Position numbers and translations under genes: made by a program
In this document: in pieces, positions 40,701 to 49,882 of the stretch
Position numbering within the stretch: the first letter of the stretch is position 1
Layout of the letters: each line of letters begins with the position of its first letter
Assembly: GCA_964635825.1 (NCBI GenBank)
Contig: CAZWQJ010000001.1
Coordinates: forward strand, 12,404 to 76,403
Reading direction: 5' to 3'
From: an uncultured Victivallales bacterium
GTDB taxonomy: Bacteria > Verrucomicrobiota > Kiritimatiellia > UBA8416 > JAIOPI01
Length of the DNA stretch: 64,000 nucleotides
The notes under the pieces: generated by a model
Database searches by the model: none
Told to the model about the DNA's origin: nothing
What the model saw: only the letters and a program-made list of their open reading frames with translations

Positions 40701-41054
40701 GAACCCGGGGGCCTCGAAGCCCGGCGGACAGGCGCCGGGCCGCGGCGCCAGGAAGAACGCCCAGAGCCCATCGAGTCGGCGTTGCCATGGCGATGCGGTA
40801 CCGGCGCGGGCATCGCCGGCGCTGGCACAGGCCTGCCAGGGGGCGTGCATCAGCTCGCGGTTGCGCTCGATCGCTCGCGGATCGTCCCACGGTGCGCCGG
40901 GGCCGCGGGGTTCCGCCACCGCCGCCGGGACGAGCCCCGAAGCAGGCGACGCTTCCGGTGGCACGGGCGCGACCACGGGACTCAAGGCGGTGGCGGCGGC
41001 ACGGCGTGCTCCTGGCATCGAACTCTCGCGTCTCGTGGTTGCCTTCGATTTCAT
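37773..41054 (-). CDS. Glycoside hydrolase family 2 beta-galactosidase (LacZ-like, with C-terminal domain 5).
   Basis: Colinear with LacZ: [18 protein letters not shown] (~WENPGVTQLNRLAAHPPF), [36 protein letters not shown], acid/base region, ~1090 aa. N-terminal ~50-aa extension. The start could be a downstream Met. Confidence 0.9.
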   Translation of the reverse strand: [1093 protein letters not shown]

Positions 41055-41064
41055 GCGGGGTGGC

Positions 41065-44000
41065 TCAGCGGACGACCATCAATACGCCGCCCCCACCCGC
41101 CGCGGTCGCGGTGAGCGTGATGGCTCTTCCGGCATGGTCATAGTGGATCAGGAAGGCGTAGTCTCCCGTCTTCACCGTGCGCCCCTCCGGCAAGCCCTGG
41201 AACTGCGTCCCGCTGAAATCGCCGGACACAATCGTGAACACCTGCCCAACCTGCACACCGGCGCCGTTTGGCACGCGCACGTTCAGTGCGGCGGTCCCCT
41301 CGCCCAGCGCGAAACGGCGCCCCGGGGCAATCAGCACCTGATCGTATCCGTTGGCGGCCGAGCCGCCGCCCGGTCCCTGGATATCGATATCCAGCGTCGA
41401 GCCGGCCAGCATCGTCACGTCGTTCAGCACGCTGAGCGAACCGGTCCCGCCGACGCCGCCGGGGGCGAGTGTCCCCGCATTCGTGATGGTCCCGCTGACG
41501 GTCACGGAGCCGCCAAACGTCGCGTTGGACGAAACCGCGACGGACGGGGACGCCAGCGCGTAGCGAACGAAGAGCGTGCCACCGGCCACCACCGTGGGGC
41601 CAAGATACTGGCTGATGCCGGCGAGCGTCTGCGTCCCCGATCCCACCTTGGTCAAGGCCACGCCGCCGCCGGTCCCATCCAGCAGCCCGTTGAAGGTGCC
41701 GGAGCCGTTATTCACGCCCACGGTCAGCACCGCTGGCTGGCGCGTCTGCGCCGACTGCCACTGGCACTGCACGGTCCCCAGCCCCGTGAGCGCGTCCACC
41801 CACATGTAACCGAACTGCCAGTGCGCCAGCTTCACCAGCGCTCCAGCGGCGATGTGCATGGAAGCCTTGTTGCTGCCGAACGCGCGCGGCGCTTCCGGAA
41901 TCCAGGGAAATCCGTTCTCCTCGCCACTGTCGTAATCGTGGAAGAGCGTTCCGTCCTGGATGTCCAGCAGGCCCCCGGACATGGCGTACTGGAAGTAGGC
42001 GTAGTGCGTGCAATCCCAGTCGAACGGGTCCGCCCCGCCACCGCAGAACCAGCGGCTCTCGTAATCGAACCCGCGCGGACCACTCTTCACGTAGGTACCG
42101 TTTCCCGTCAGCACGACCCGCTTGCGGATGATCTTATAGTCGCGCGTCACGGTGCTGAGTTCGACAACCGCATTGCTGCTCACATGGATGTTGGTGACGG
42201 ACAGTACGTCGAGGTCCCGCAGCACGACGCGCCCTTCCTCAATGGCCAGGACGCCGGAGAAGGCGTTGAACCCCGTGCCGGAGAAGGTCACGCTTCCCGG
42301 GCCGCGCTTCGTGAGGCCCTGGCTGCCCGACATCACCGCCGTGATCGTGCCATTGGTGTTGGCGGTGACAACCGACGGACCACTCACCGGGCTGCCCACC
42401 AGGGAGAGCGTGCCGCCGGCCAGCGTGTACTCGCCCGCGCCGGTCGGATCGAAACGCAGATCCTGCGCCAGCACGCTGCCTACACTCACCGTGCCCGCCG
42501 TGCCCTGGCCTCCGCCGAAGATTGCGAGCGCGTACCCGTTCGGCCAGGCGATGTTGTTGGTGTCCGCCCAGAAGTTCACATTGGTCGCGTTCCACCCGGC
42601 TCCGGCGCCGTCCTGTGGGCCGTACACGCCGGTGTTCGCATCGTAGATACCCCAGGTCCCGTCCCAAGGCGCGCGGGCGGTGGCGGTGAACGTCACCGGC
42701 GCCAGCGCCCCCGCACTGGCGCTCACCGTGTAGGTCCCGATCGCATCCCCCAGCGTCAGCGTGGTCGCCGCGAGCCCGAGCCCGTCGGAGATGGCGTTGG
42801 TAACGCCGAGTGACTGACCCGTGGCGCCGGGCGGCGTGGAGGCAATCGCGAAGCCGACCGTGACTCCCGGCACCGAATTCGTGAAGGCGTCGATCACCGA
42901 CACGACCAGCGGGTTGAGCAACGTCTGTCCCGCCAGTCGGCTCTGGTTGTTGCCCGCGCTCACCTGCAGGCGCGCGGCGGGCCCTGGGTTGACCGTGAAG
43001 GCGCCACTGGTCCCTGGCGTCATCGGGTCGCCGCCGGTGCCGCTCAGCGCCAGCACCACCCCGCTCTCGGCCCGCGTATAGGTGACGCCGGTGATGGTCG
43101 TGGTGTTGCCTCCCGCCGGAATCGTGCCCGCCAGGGTGCCGCTCAGCGCCCCGGTACCGGTGTGCAAGGTCAGCGCAACCGACGTATTCGTCGTGACCGC
43201 CAGCGGCTGGTTCAGCGCGTTCTGCGCCCGCACGACCACGCTGAACCCCAGGCCCGCCGTGGGGTTGGACCCGCCGTTCACAAAGAGAATCGCCAGCCGC
43301 CCGGCTCCGGTCGCGGTGAAGTGCACGGGACTGCCCGCCAGTCCAGTCCCGACGGCCGACACGGCATAGAGCCCGGGCTTGTCCCCCAGGGTGAGCGTGG
43401 CCGAGGCCTGTCCATTGGCGGCAGTGAAGACGTTGGTCGCGCTCAACGCCTGGCCGGCCGCCCCGCCCGGCGCGCCATCAAGGGTGAACGCGACCGGATA
43501 ACCCGGCACCGCATTGCCGTTCGCATCCCGCACCGTCACCACCATCGGACTCGCCAACGCCGTGGCCACCGTATTCGTCTGGGCGTCTCCCGTGGTCAGC
43601 GTCAGAGAGGAGGCTGGCCCGGGGTCAACGGTGAACGCCGCGCTATCTCCGGCCAGCATGAAGTCGCCGGCGGTTTGCGAGGCCATCAGTCGCACGCCGC
43701 TCTCGGCCTTCGTGTACGTCAGGCCGCTGACCGTGACGGCATTGCTGCCCGCCGGGATGGTCCCCGAGAGGGTGCCGCCCAGCACGCCGGCACCGGTCTT
43801 GAGGCTCAGCGCAAAGGACGTGTCCTGCGAAACCGGCGCCAGTTGGCCACCTCCATCGGCAGCCCCCACCAGAATGCCAAATGGCGCACCCGCAACCGGA
43901 TTCGTGCCGCCGTTCACAGACACGATCACGAGGTGGGGCGGAAGGTCCAGCGTGATGGTCTGCGCGTTGTAGTGCACCAACGCCGCGCCGGCCGGCTCCA

Positions 44001-47000
44001 CCCGCACCCCGCGGAAGGTTCCAACGATGCCGCCGCTCGCCCGCGCAACCTGCACGATCGGCGCCCCGAATACATCTCCCGTCAGCCCGGTGATATCCAC
44101 GACGAGTTCAAGTCCCGCGCAGCGGAAGACCGCGCCCGTATTCGCGAGGTTGACCAGGTCCGGCACGCTGCTCGGCGCCCGGATCCGCAGCGTCGTGTTC
44201 GTGGCGATGCTGGGAGCGGTGGCGCTGAGCAGGGTCAGCGTGCCGCTGTCCCCCGTCAGCGTCGGTTGCAGCGTGCCGCCGCTCTGCATGACCACCGCCC
44301 CGCCAAGCGTACCCCGCCCTCCCAGCGTCGCGTTCGTCTTCACCGTCAGCGAACCGGCACATGCCGTGTGGTCTCCATCCACCAGCAACACGCCGCCATT
44401 GATGGTGGTGGCGCCGGAGTAGTAATTCGTTCCGCTCAGGATCTGCGTGCCGGTGCCGTTCTTCGTGAACGCCAGGGACTGCCCGCTCGAGTTCGTTATC
44501 ACCCCCGCGAACGTGCCGGAGCCGTCGTTCGCGCCAACCGTGAACGCACCACCAAAGCCGGTGATGATGAGCTGCCCCGTGCCGGTGAGCGCATCCACCG
44601 TGAAGTTGTTGCCCGCCACCGATTGCGCCGACATCGTGACCCGCGCACCCGCCTCAATGTTCAGTGCCGCCCGGTTGTTCACCCAGTTGGGCGCCGCACC
44701 GGCCGTGCTCGCCGTGGCCGCAAACGTCCCAGCCTGGACATCGACCACTCCGCCCGTCATGGCGAAGGTCAACATGCCGGCTCCGCTGCCCGCGTTGAAC
44801 GTGCCGGCGCCCGATTTCGCCAACGTCCCTCCACCGCCGATCGTCGCCCCGTTCGCGGGTGTGTAGGTGCCCGTGTTGTTGAACTCGAGCGTCGCGCCGA
44901 CATCGATCGTGATCCCCGCGGCCGGCATCCAACTGCCGTAGTTGTTCAGGAGCAACCGCCCAGCCCCCATGCGCGCGCTTCCGCTGACGCTGTTGCCACC
45001 CGACAGCGTCAGGTCCGCTCCGCCGGCTTTCGTCAGCCCGGCCGTTCCCGCCAGCGCAGACTGGATGACGGCCGCACTGTTGGCCGTGAGCGTGGGCGCG
45101 GCACCAACGAGCGTGATGGTCCCGTTCGTCAGGGCGTACGCGCCCGATCCCGGCGGGTTGAACACGAGCCCATTCGCGTTCACCGTCCCAACCGTCACCA
45201 GCCCGGCGGCGCCAGTCCCTGCGCCGAAAACAGCCACATTCGTCGTCCCGTTCGGCCACGCGATGTTGCGGACGCCGTTCCAGAAATTGGAGCTCGCCGT
45301 ATTCCAGCCCGTACCGGTGCCGTCCTGCGCGCCCGGTGTACCGGTGTCGGCGTCATACGTCGCGGTCATGCCATCCCAGGGCGGCACCGCCATGGCCAGG
45401 AACGTCACCGGGCTGCCGCTCAACCCCGCCGCACTCGCCACGACGGCGTACGTGCCCGTGGCGTTGCCCAGTGTCAGCGTGCTCGACGCCTGCCCGCTCC
45501 CCGTCGTCGTGGCGTTCGTGCTGCTCAACGCCTGTCCCGTCGCGCCCGGCGGCGTCGCGGCAATCGCATACGCCACGTCGACGCCCGGCACCGCGTTGGT
45601 GTGCGCGTCCGTCACCGTCACCACCAAGGGCCCGAGCACCGTCCCCGCACCCCCGGTCTGGTTGTTGCCGGACGTCATGGCCAGCGCGGCGGCCGCCCCC
45701 GCATCGACGGTGAAGGCCGCACTCGTGCCGGCAGACAACGCATCGCCGCTCGTGCGCGTCGCCGTCAACACCACGCCGCTCTCGGCCTTCGTGTAGGTGA
45801 CGCCGGAAATGGAAACGGAATTGCTGCCGTTGGTGATGGTGCCCGTGAGCGTCCCGCCCAGCGTTCCGCTGCCCGCCGAGCGGCTGAGCACAACCGCCGT
45901 ATCGGACAGCACATGGCGCGGTACCCCGCCCGCATCCTGAGCCTGAACGACGACGCCAAAGCCGGTGCCCGCGCTCGGATTCGATCCACCGTTCACCAGC
46001 GTGATCGCCAGCGTCGTCGGCGGAATGGACGCGCCGGTGGCATTAAACGTCACCGGGCTGCCGCTGAGCCCGGCCGCACTCGCCGCCACCGTGTAGGCCC
46101 CCGTCACGCTGCCGATCGTTAACAGGCTCGATGCATGGCCATTCGCCAGCGTCGTCGCGTTGGTGAAGCTGAGCGATTGCCCCGTCGCCCCGGGCGGCGT
46201 GCCCGTGATCGCATAGGCAACCGCCGTACCGGACACCGGATTCGTGTGCGCATCCGTCACCGTCACCACAAACGGACTCGCCAGCGCCGTCAGCACGTCG
46301 CCGACCTGGCCATTTCCCGAGGTCAGCGAAAGCGTGGCGGGATCCCCCGCGACCACGGTAAACGCCGCACTGTCACCCGCCGCCAGCAAGTCCCCACTCG
46401 TCCGTGTGGCAGTGATGACCACGTTGGACTCGGCCTTGGTGTACGTCACGCTGCTGACGGTCACCTCGCTGGTGCCCGCGGCAATGGTGCCGTTCGTGGT
46501 TCCGCCCAGGGCGCCGCTGCCGCTCTTGAGAGTCAGCGCGAAGGCCGTATCCGCCGCCACGTTGGTCGCCCCGCTCAGCCCATCCTGCGCCTGCACCACC
46601 ACGCTGAACCCCACGCCGGAAACCGCATTCGTGCCGCCGTTCACGGACACGATCGCCAGGTTCGCGGCTTTGATCAGATCGACGGTGACGTTCGTAGGCG
46701 AGTACGCGAGCGTCGCCCGATACGAGCCCACCACGTTGGTGGTGTTGAACTTGCCGGCAACCCCGATCGCATTGGCCGTTTGCACGATCGTCGCACCCAT
46801 GACGTTGTTGGAGAGCGCCGTCGCGTCAAGGACCAGGTTGAGCGAGTTGCACCCGAAGACCGGCGTCGCGCTGCTCAAGGCCACCCTGTCCGTCGCACCG
46901 TCCGTCGCCCGGATCTTCAGCGTGGCGTATGCGCCGAATGTCGGCGCGGTATCGCTGGATAGTGTCAGGGTGCCGGGTGTACCCGACATCGTTGGCTGGA

Positions 47001-48129
47001 TCGTGCCGCCAGCGCTCACCGTCACGGCGCCATGGATCGTGCCCGATCCCCCGAGGGTACCTGTGCCCGCCACCGTGACCGCGCTGTTTGCTGGGAGCGA
47101 GCCGGGACTGTTCACCAGCAGCACGCCATTGCTGACCGTCGTCGAGCCGCCCAGCGTGTTGGTTCCGGAAAGCACCCAGGTGCCGGTGCCGTTCTTGATC
47201 AGCGACAGGGTGTTCCCGGAAATGGCGCCGGAAATCTTGCCGATCCCAGCCGTCGATCCCTGCAGTTGAAGTTGCTTGGCGCTGACAACCCCGGTCGCCA
47301 GTCCAACACTCCCCGACAACTCCAGTGTCCCGCCGGCGCCGGATTGGTCGAGAATGGACATGCTGCCCGGAAATGAGGCCGCCCCGTAGATCTTGATCGT
47401 GCGGTCCGTCGTTTCGCCGGCGCCGGTATACAGCACCTTGCCCGCGCTGCCCCCGAGGGTGCCCAGCGTGATGGTGCCGTTCGCCACCGTCGTGGGCCTG
47501 CCCAGGTTGCTGCTGGCGACAGGGGCGGAAACACGGTTCATCGACGCAACGCTCAGGGTACCCGGCCCACCGCTCGTGCCGCCGATCGTCACCGGACCGT
47601 CGAAGGTGTTCGCGCCTGACAAGACCAACGATCCCACGCCGGTGGTAATCAACCCTCGCCCCGCCGTTCCGCTGACAACGCCGCCGAGCGTCAGCGAACC
47701 GCTACCGAGCGTGACGGTCCGCGTCCCCGAGAGCGCTACATCGAGATTGACGGATTCCGCCACAACTCCCGTGCCGACGCTGATGTCGCCACCCAGCGTG
47801 ATCCCGTTGCCAAGGATGGTGTAGGCGTCGGCGCCGTTGTTGAACGCGATGCCGGCCACGGTGGTGCCGGCCGTGTCGTTCGTCAGCGTGGCGCCGCTGG
47901 CCCCGGCCGCGCCAAACGTGGGTGTATTCGTGGCGCCGAGCACACCTTCATTCCAGTTGGCGGCGGTGCCCCAAAGTGCATCGCCACCGTTGCCGTTCCA
48001 CGTCCGCGTGGCCGCCCGCGCCGCCCCGGCCGCCACCGCCAACCACACCGCTGCCCCAACCCGCACGCACGCGCGGACATGTGTTCGGCTCTTGGTTGCC
48101 CCCCTGCTTTCCATCCTATCCTCCGCCAC
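41065..48129 (-). CDS. 2354-aa secreted PATR surface protein with four large tandem Ig-like (BIG/invasin-like) modules and a C-terminal VLMVVR module.
   Basis: Signal peptide ...VRVGAAVWLAVAAGAARAATRTWNGNGGDALWGTAANWN. Numerous PATR repeats. ~230-aa modules repeated four times: VNGGTN...TYTKAESxVV...TSGNxQ...VVTVTDAHTN...AAGLSGSPVTF. Ends GDYAFLIHYDHAGRAITLTATAAGGGGVLMVVR. Confidence 0.8.
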   Translation of the reverse strand: MAEDRMESRGATKSRTHVRACVRVGAAVWLAVAAGAARAATRTWNGNGGDALWGTAANWNEGVLGATNTPTFGAAGASGATLTNDTAGTTVAGIAFNNGADAYTILGNGITLGGDISVGTGVVAESVNLDVALSGTRTVTLGSGSLTLGGVVSGTAGRGLITTGVGSLVLSGANTFDGPVTIGGTSGGPGTLSVASMNRVSAPVASSNLGRPTTVANGTITLGTLGGSAGKVLYTGAGETTDRTIKIYGAASFPGSMSILDQSGAGGTLELSGSVGLATGVVSAKQLQLQGSTAGIGKISGAISGNTLSLIKNGTGTWVLSGTNTLGGSTTVSNGVLLVNSPGSLPANSAVTVAGTGTLGGSGTIHGAVTVSAGGTIQPTMSGTPGTLTLSSDTAPTFGAYATLKIRATDGATDRVALSSATPVFGCNSLNLVLDATALSNNVMGATIVQTANAIGVAGKFNTTNVVGSYRATLAYSPTNVTVDLIKAANLAIVSVNGGTNAVSGVGFSVVVQAQDGLSGATNVAADTAFALTLKSGSGALGGTTNGTIAAGTSEVTVSSVTYTKAESNVVITATRTSGDLLAAGDSAAFTVVAGDPATLSLTSGNGQVGDVLTALASPFVVTVTDAHTNPVSGTAVAYAITGTPPGATGQSLSFTNATTLANGHASSLLTIGSVTGAYTVAASAAGLSGSPVTFNATGASIPPTTLAITLVNGGSNPSAGTGFGVVVQAQDAGGVPRHVLSDTAVVLSRSAGSGTLGGTLTGTITNGSNSVSISGVTYTKAESGVVLTATRTSGDALSAGTSAAFTVDAGAAAALAMTSGNNQTGGAGTVLGPLVVTVTDAHTNAVPGVDVAYAIAATPPGATGQALSSTNATTTGSGQASSTLTLGNATGTYAVVASAAGLSGSPVTFLAMAVPPWDGMTATYDADTGTPGAQDGTGTGWNTASSNFWNGVRNIAWPNGTTNVAVFGAGTGAAGLVTVGTVNANGLVFNPPGSGAYALTNGTITLVGAAPTLTANSAAVIQSALAGTAGLTKAGGADLTLSGGNSVSGSARMGAGRLLLNNYGSWMPAAGITIDVGATLEFNNTGTYTPANGATIGGGGTLAKSGAGTFNAGSGAGMLTFAMTGGVVDVQAGTFAATASTAGAAPNWVNNRAALNIEAGARVTMSAQSVAGNNFTVDALTGTGQLIITGFGGAFTVGANDGSGTFAGVITNSSGQSLAFTKNGTGTQILSGTNYYSGATTINGGVLLVDGDHTACAGSLTVKTNATLGGRGTLGGAVVMQSGGTLQPTLTGDSGTLTLLSATAPSIATNTTLRIRAPSSVPDLVNLANTGAVFRCAGLELVVDITGLTGDVFGAPIVQVARASGGIVGTFRGVRVEPAGAALVHYNAQTITLDLPPHLVIVSVNGGTNPVAGAPFGILVGAADGGGQLAPVSQDTSFALSLKTGAGVLGGTLSGTIPAGSNAVTVSGLTYTKAESGVRLMASQTAGDFMLAGDSAAFTVDPGPASSLTLTTGDAQTNTVATALASPMVVTVRDANGNAVPGYPVAFTLDGAPGGAAGQALSATNVFTAANGQASATLTLGDKPGLYAVSAVGTGLAGSPVHFTATGAGRLAILFVNGGSNPTAGLGFSVVVRAQNALNQPLAVTTNTSVALTLHTGTGALSGTLAGTIPAGGNTTTITGVTYTRAESGVVLALSGTGGDPMTPGTSGAFTVNPGPAARLQVSAGNNQSRLAGQTLLNPLVVSVIDAFTNSVPGVTVGFAIASTPPGATGQSLGVTNAISDGLGLAATTLTLGDAIGTYTVSASAGALAPVTFTATARAPWDGTWGIYDANTGVYGPQDGAGAGWNATNVNFWADTNNIAWPNGYALAIFGGGQGTAGTVSVGSVLAQDLRFDPTGAGEYTLAGGTLSLVGSPVSGPSVVTANTNGTITAVMSGSQGLTKRGPGSVTFSGTGFNAFSGVLAIEEGRVVLRDLDVLSVTNIHVSSNAVVELSTVTRDYKIIRKRVVLTGNGTYVKSGPRGFDYESRWFCGGGADPFDWDCTHYAYFQYAMSGGLLDIQDGTLFHDYDSGEENGFPWIPEAPRAFGSNKASMHIAAGALVKLAHWQFGYMWVDALTGLGTVQCQWQSAQTRQPAVLTVGVNNGSGTFNGLLDGTGGGVALTKVGSGTQTLAGISQYLGPTVVAGGTLFVRYALASPSVAVSSNATFGGSVTVSGTITNAGTLAPGGVGGTGSLSVLNDVTMLAGSTLDIDIQGPGGGSAANGYDQVLIAPGRRFALGEGTAALNVRVPNGAGVQVGQVFTIVSGDFSGTQFQGLPEGRTVKTGDYAFLIHYDHAGRAITLTATAAGGGGVLMVVR

Positions 48130-48144
48130 CCGCTCACTCCGTCG

Positions 48145-49866
48145 CTATCGCACGCTCATCAGCAGGCCGGTACTGTTGAACCCCGCCGATCGCGACGTGA
48201 GCACCACATTCCAGCCGCCCCCGTAGCTGATCACGAAGCGGTAAGGCCCCACGGCAATCTCCGCTCCTTCCGGCAGGTTGTGAAATGTCTCGCCCGTCAC
48301 GGCGCCGGAAACGATGGTCAGGGGTTGACCGTACGGAATGTTCACCCCGGCCGGCACCCGCACATTGAGCGTGATGACGCTGCCGCCGAGCTGCAGCGTC
48401 TTCCCTGGCATCACCACCAACTGATCGTATCCGCCCTCCGCCGCGCCCGCCGTCGTGCCGCGGATGTCGATGTCCAGCGTCGTCCCGCCGTTCATGAACA
48501 CGTTTTCCACGCCGAAGCGCCCTGTGGCTCCAATACCACCCGGCGCCAGCGTGCCGCCCGCCGCCACCGTCACCAGCGTGGTCAGGGCACCCACCCCGCC
48601 CAGGGTCGCTTTGTTCGCCACGTAGTACCACCCGCCTGCCGCATTGGTCGTGTGGTGCGCCCCGTTCACCAACAGCGTTCCCGCATTGACCGTCGTCGAA
48701 CCAAGATACGTATTCGTCGCGGCATTCAGGCTCCAGGTGCCGGCGCCGTCCTTGATCAGATTGCCGGACCCGCCGAACATGGCGTTCAGGGCGCCGTTCC
48801 CCGCCCCCGACAGCGTCAGATTGTGGCCATGGTCATGGATCACGTCCCAGCGGTTGGTGCCCGGAGGCGGAGTGCCCACGTTGAATACCTGCGGCCCGCT
48901 CGACTCGAGGGTCGCACCCGCCGGACCGATGGCGATCTGCCGGTCCAGGCGCCCTGCATCGCGGTTCCACCCGTTGTAACGCAGCGTGCCGCCGTCCAGC
49001 GTCAGGCTGGCTTCGAACCCAAGCTGCCCCAGCCCGAACCCGGCCTGCCCCCGCTGGTCGCCCCACGCATTCACCTCGAGCACCGCGCCTGTGCTCACCA
49101 GCACGGCCGGCGTCGTGCTCCACCCCAGGTCGCTGTACAACCCACCGTAGCCGTAGCCCTGCACCGCCAGCGTCCCAAATTCCACCCGCGTGTCGCCGGT
49201 GTACGTGTTGGTGACCGTCAGTTCCAGCGTGCCAAGCCCTTCTTTCGTGAGACTCGAACGCAACCAGTTCGTCCCACCGTCCGGATACGTCTCGTCCCGC
49301 AAGGGCGCCATCACCGTGAAGTCCGAGTCCGCGTTGCCCGTGACCTCATCCACCCAGAAGGTCGTGCTGGTTGCCAGATTCACGAAGTTGTGGTCCACCT
49401 CCGTGCGGCTCGTGATGCGGGACCCGGCCGGATTCGTGCCGACCACATAGACGTCGTGCGGCAACGAGAGCGCGCCGAAGTTGTTCAAATGGAACAGGCG
49501 ATTCATGAAGATCGTGCCGCCGTTTGTGAACGTCAGCAGGCGGGGCTGGTTCATGTAGGCGTAGTCGCTGCTCTGCAAGGTGCCGCTCTCGCCGACGTAC
49601 AATAGGAGCCGCTGCTGCTCGTTGTTGGTCGTCGCGATGACCGTACCGCTGTAGATCCGCGCGGCATCGAAGCTCTCGGATCTCGGGTAGGAATTCGTGG
49701 GCAGCAGTGAGCCGGTCAGATGCCAATTGGTCGTCGAGGTCCAGGAGTTGCTCACGCTCCCGTCCCACGTGTAGTCCGCATACTCGGACCGGCCGAGATG
49801 GGATGTCGCCACCGCCACCATGGCGACAGCAACCGCAGTCCGCCGCCATCCACGTCCTGTGTTCAT
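48145..49866 (-). CDS. 573-aa secreted PATR protein with the GLLMSVR C-terminal module.
   Basis: Preferred start MNTGRGWRRTAVAVAMVAVATSHLG at 49866: a signal peptide, with AGGGGG 8 nt upstream. The longest ORF extends to 50109 with a non-protein-like N-terminus. Ends ...VGPYRFVISYGGGWNVVLTSRSAGFNSTGLLMSVR. Paralogous N-terminal half with 50160..51308. Confidence 0.7.
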   Translation of the reverse strand: MNTGRGWRRTAVAVAMVAVATSHLGRSEYADYTWDGSVSNSWTSTTNWHLTGSLLPTNSYPRSESFDAARIYSGTVIATTNNEQQRLLLYVGESGTLQSSDYAYMNQPRLLTFTNGGTIFMNRLFHLNNFGALSLPHDVYVVGTNPAGSRITSRTEVDHNFVNLATSTTFWVDEVTGNADSDFTVMAPLRDETYPDGGTNWLRSSLTKEGLGTLELTVTNTYTGDTRVEFGTLAVQGYGYGGLYSDLGWSTTPAVLVSTGAVLEVNAWGDQRGQAGFGLGQLGFEASLTLDGGTLRYNGWNRDAGRLDRQIAIGPAGATLESSGPQVFNVGTPPPGTNRWDVIHDHGHNLTLSGAGNGALNAMFGGSGNLIKDGAGTWSLNAATNTYLGSTTVNAGTLLVNGAHHTTNAAGGWYYVANKATLGGVGALTTLVTVAAGGTLAPGGIGATGRFGVENVFMNGGTTLDIDIRGTTAGAAEGGYDQLVVMPGKTLQLGGSVITLNVRVPAGVNIPYGQPLTIVSGAVTGETFHNLPEGAEIAVGPYRFVISYGGGWNVVLTSRSAGFNSTGLLMSVR

Positions 49867-49882
49867 CGTCCGGCGCCCCCTG

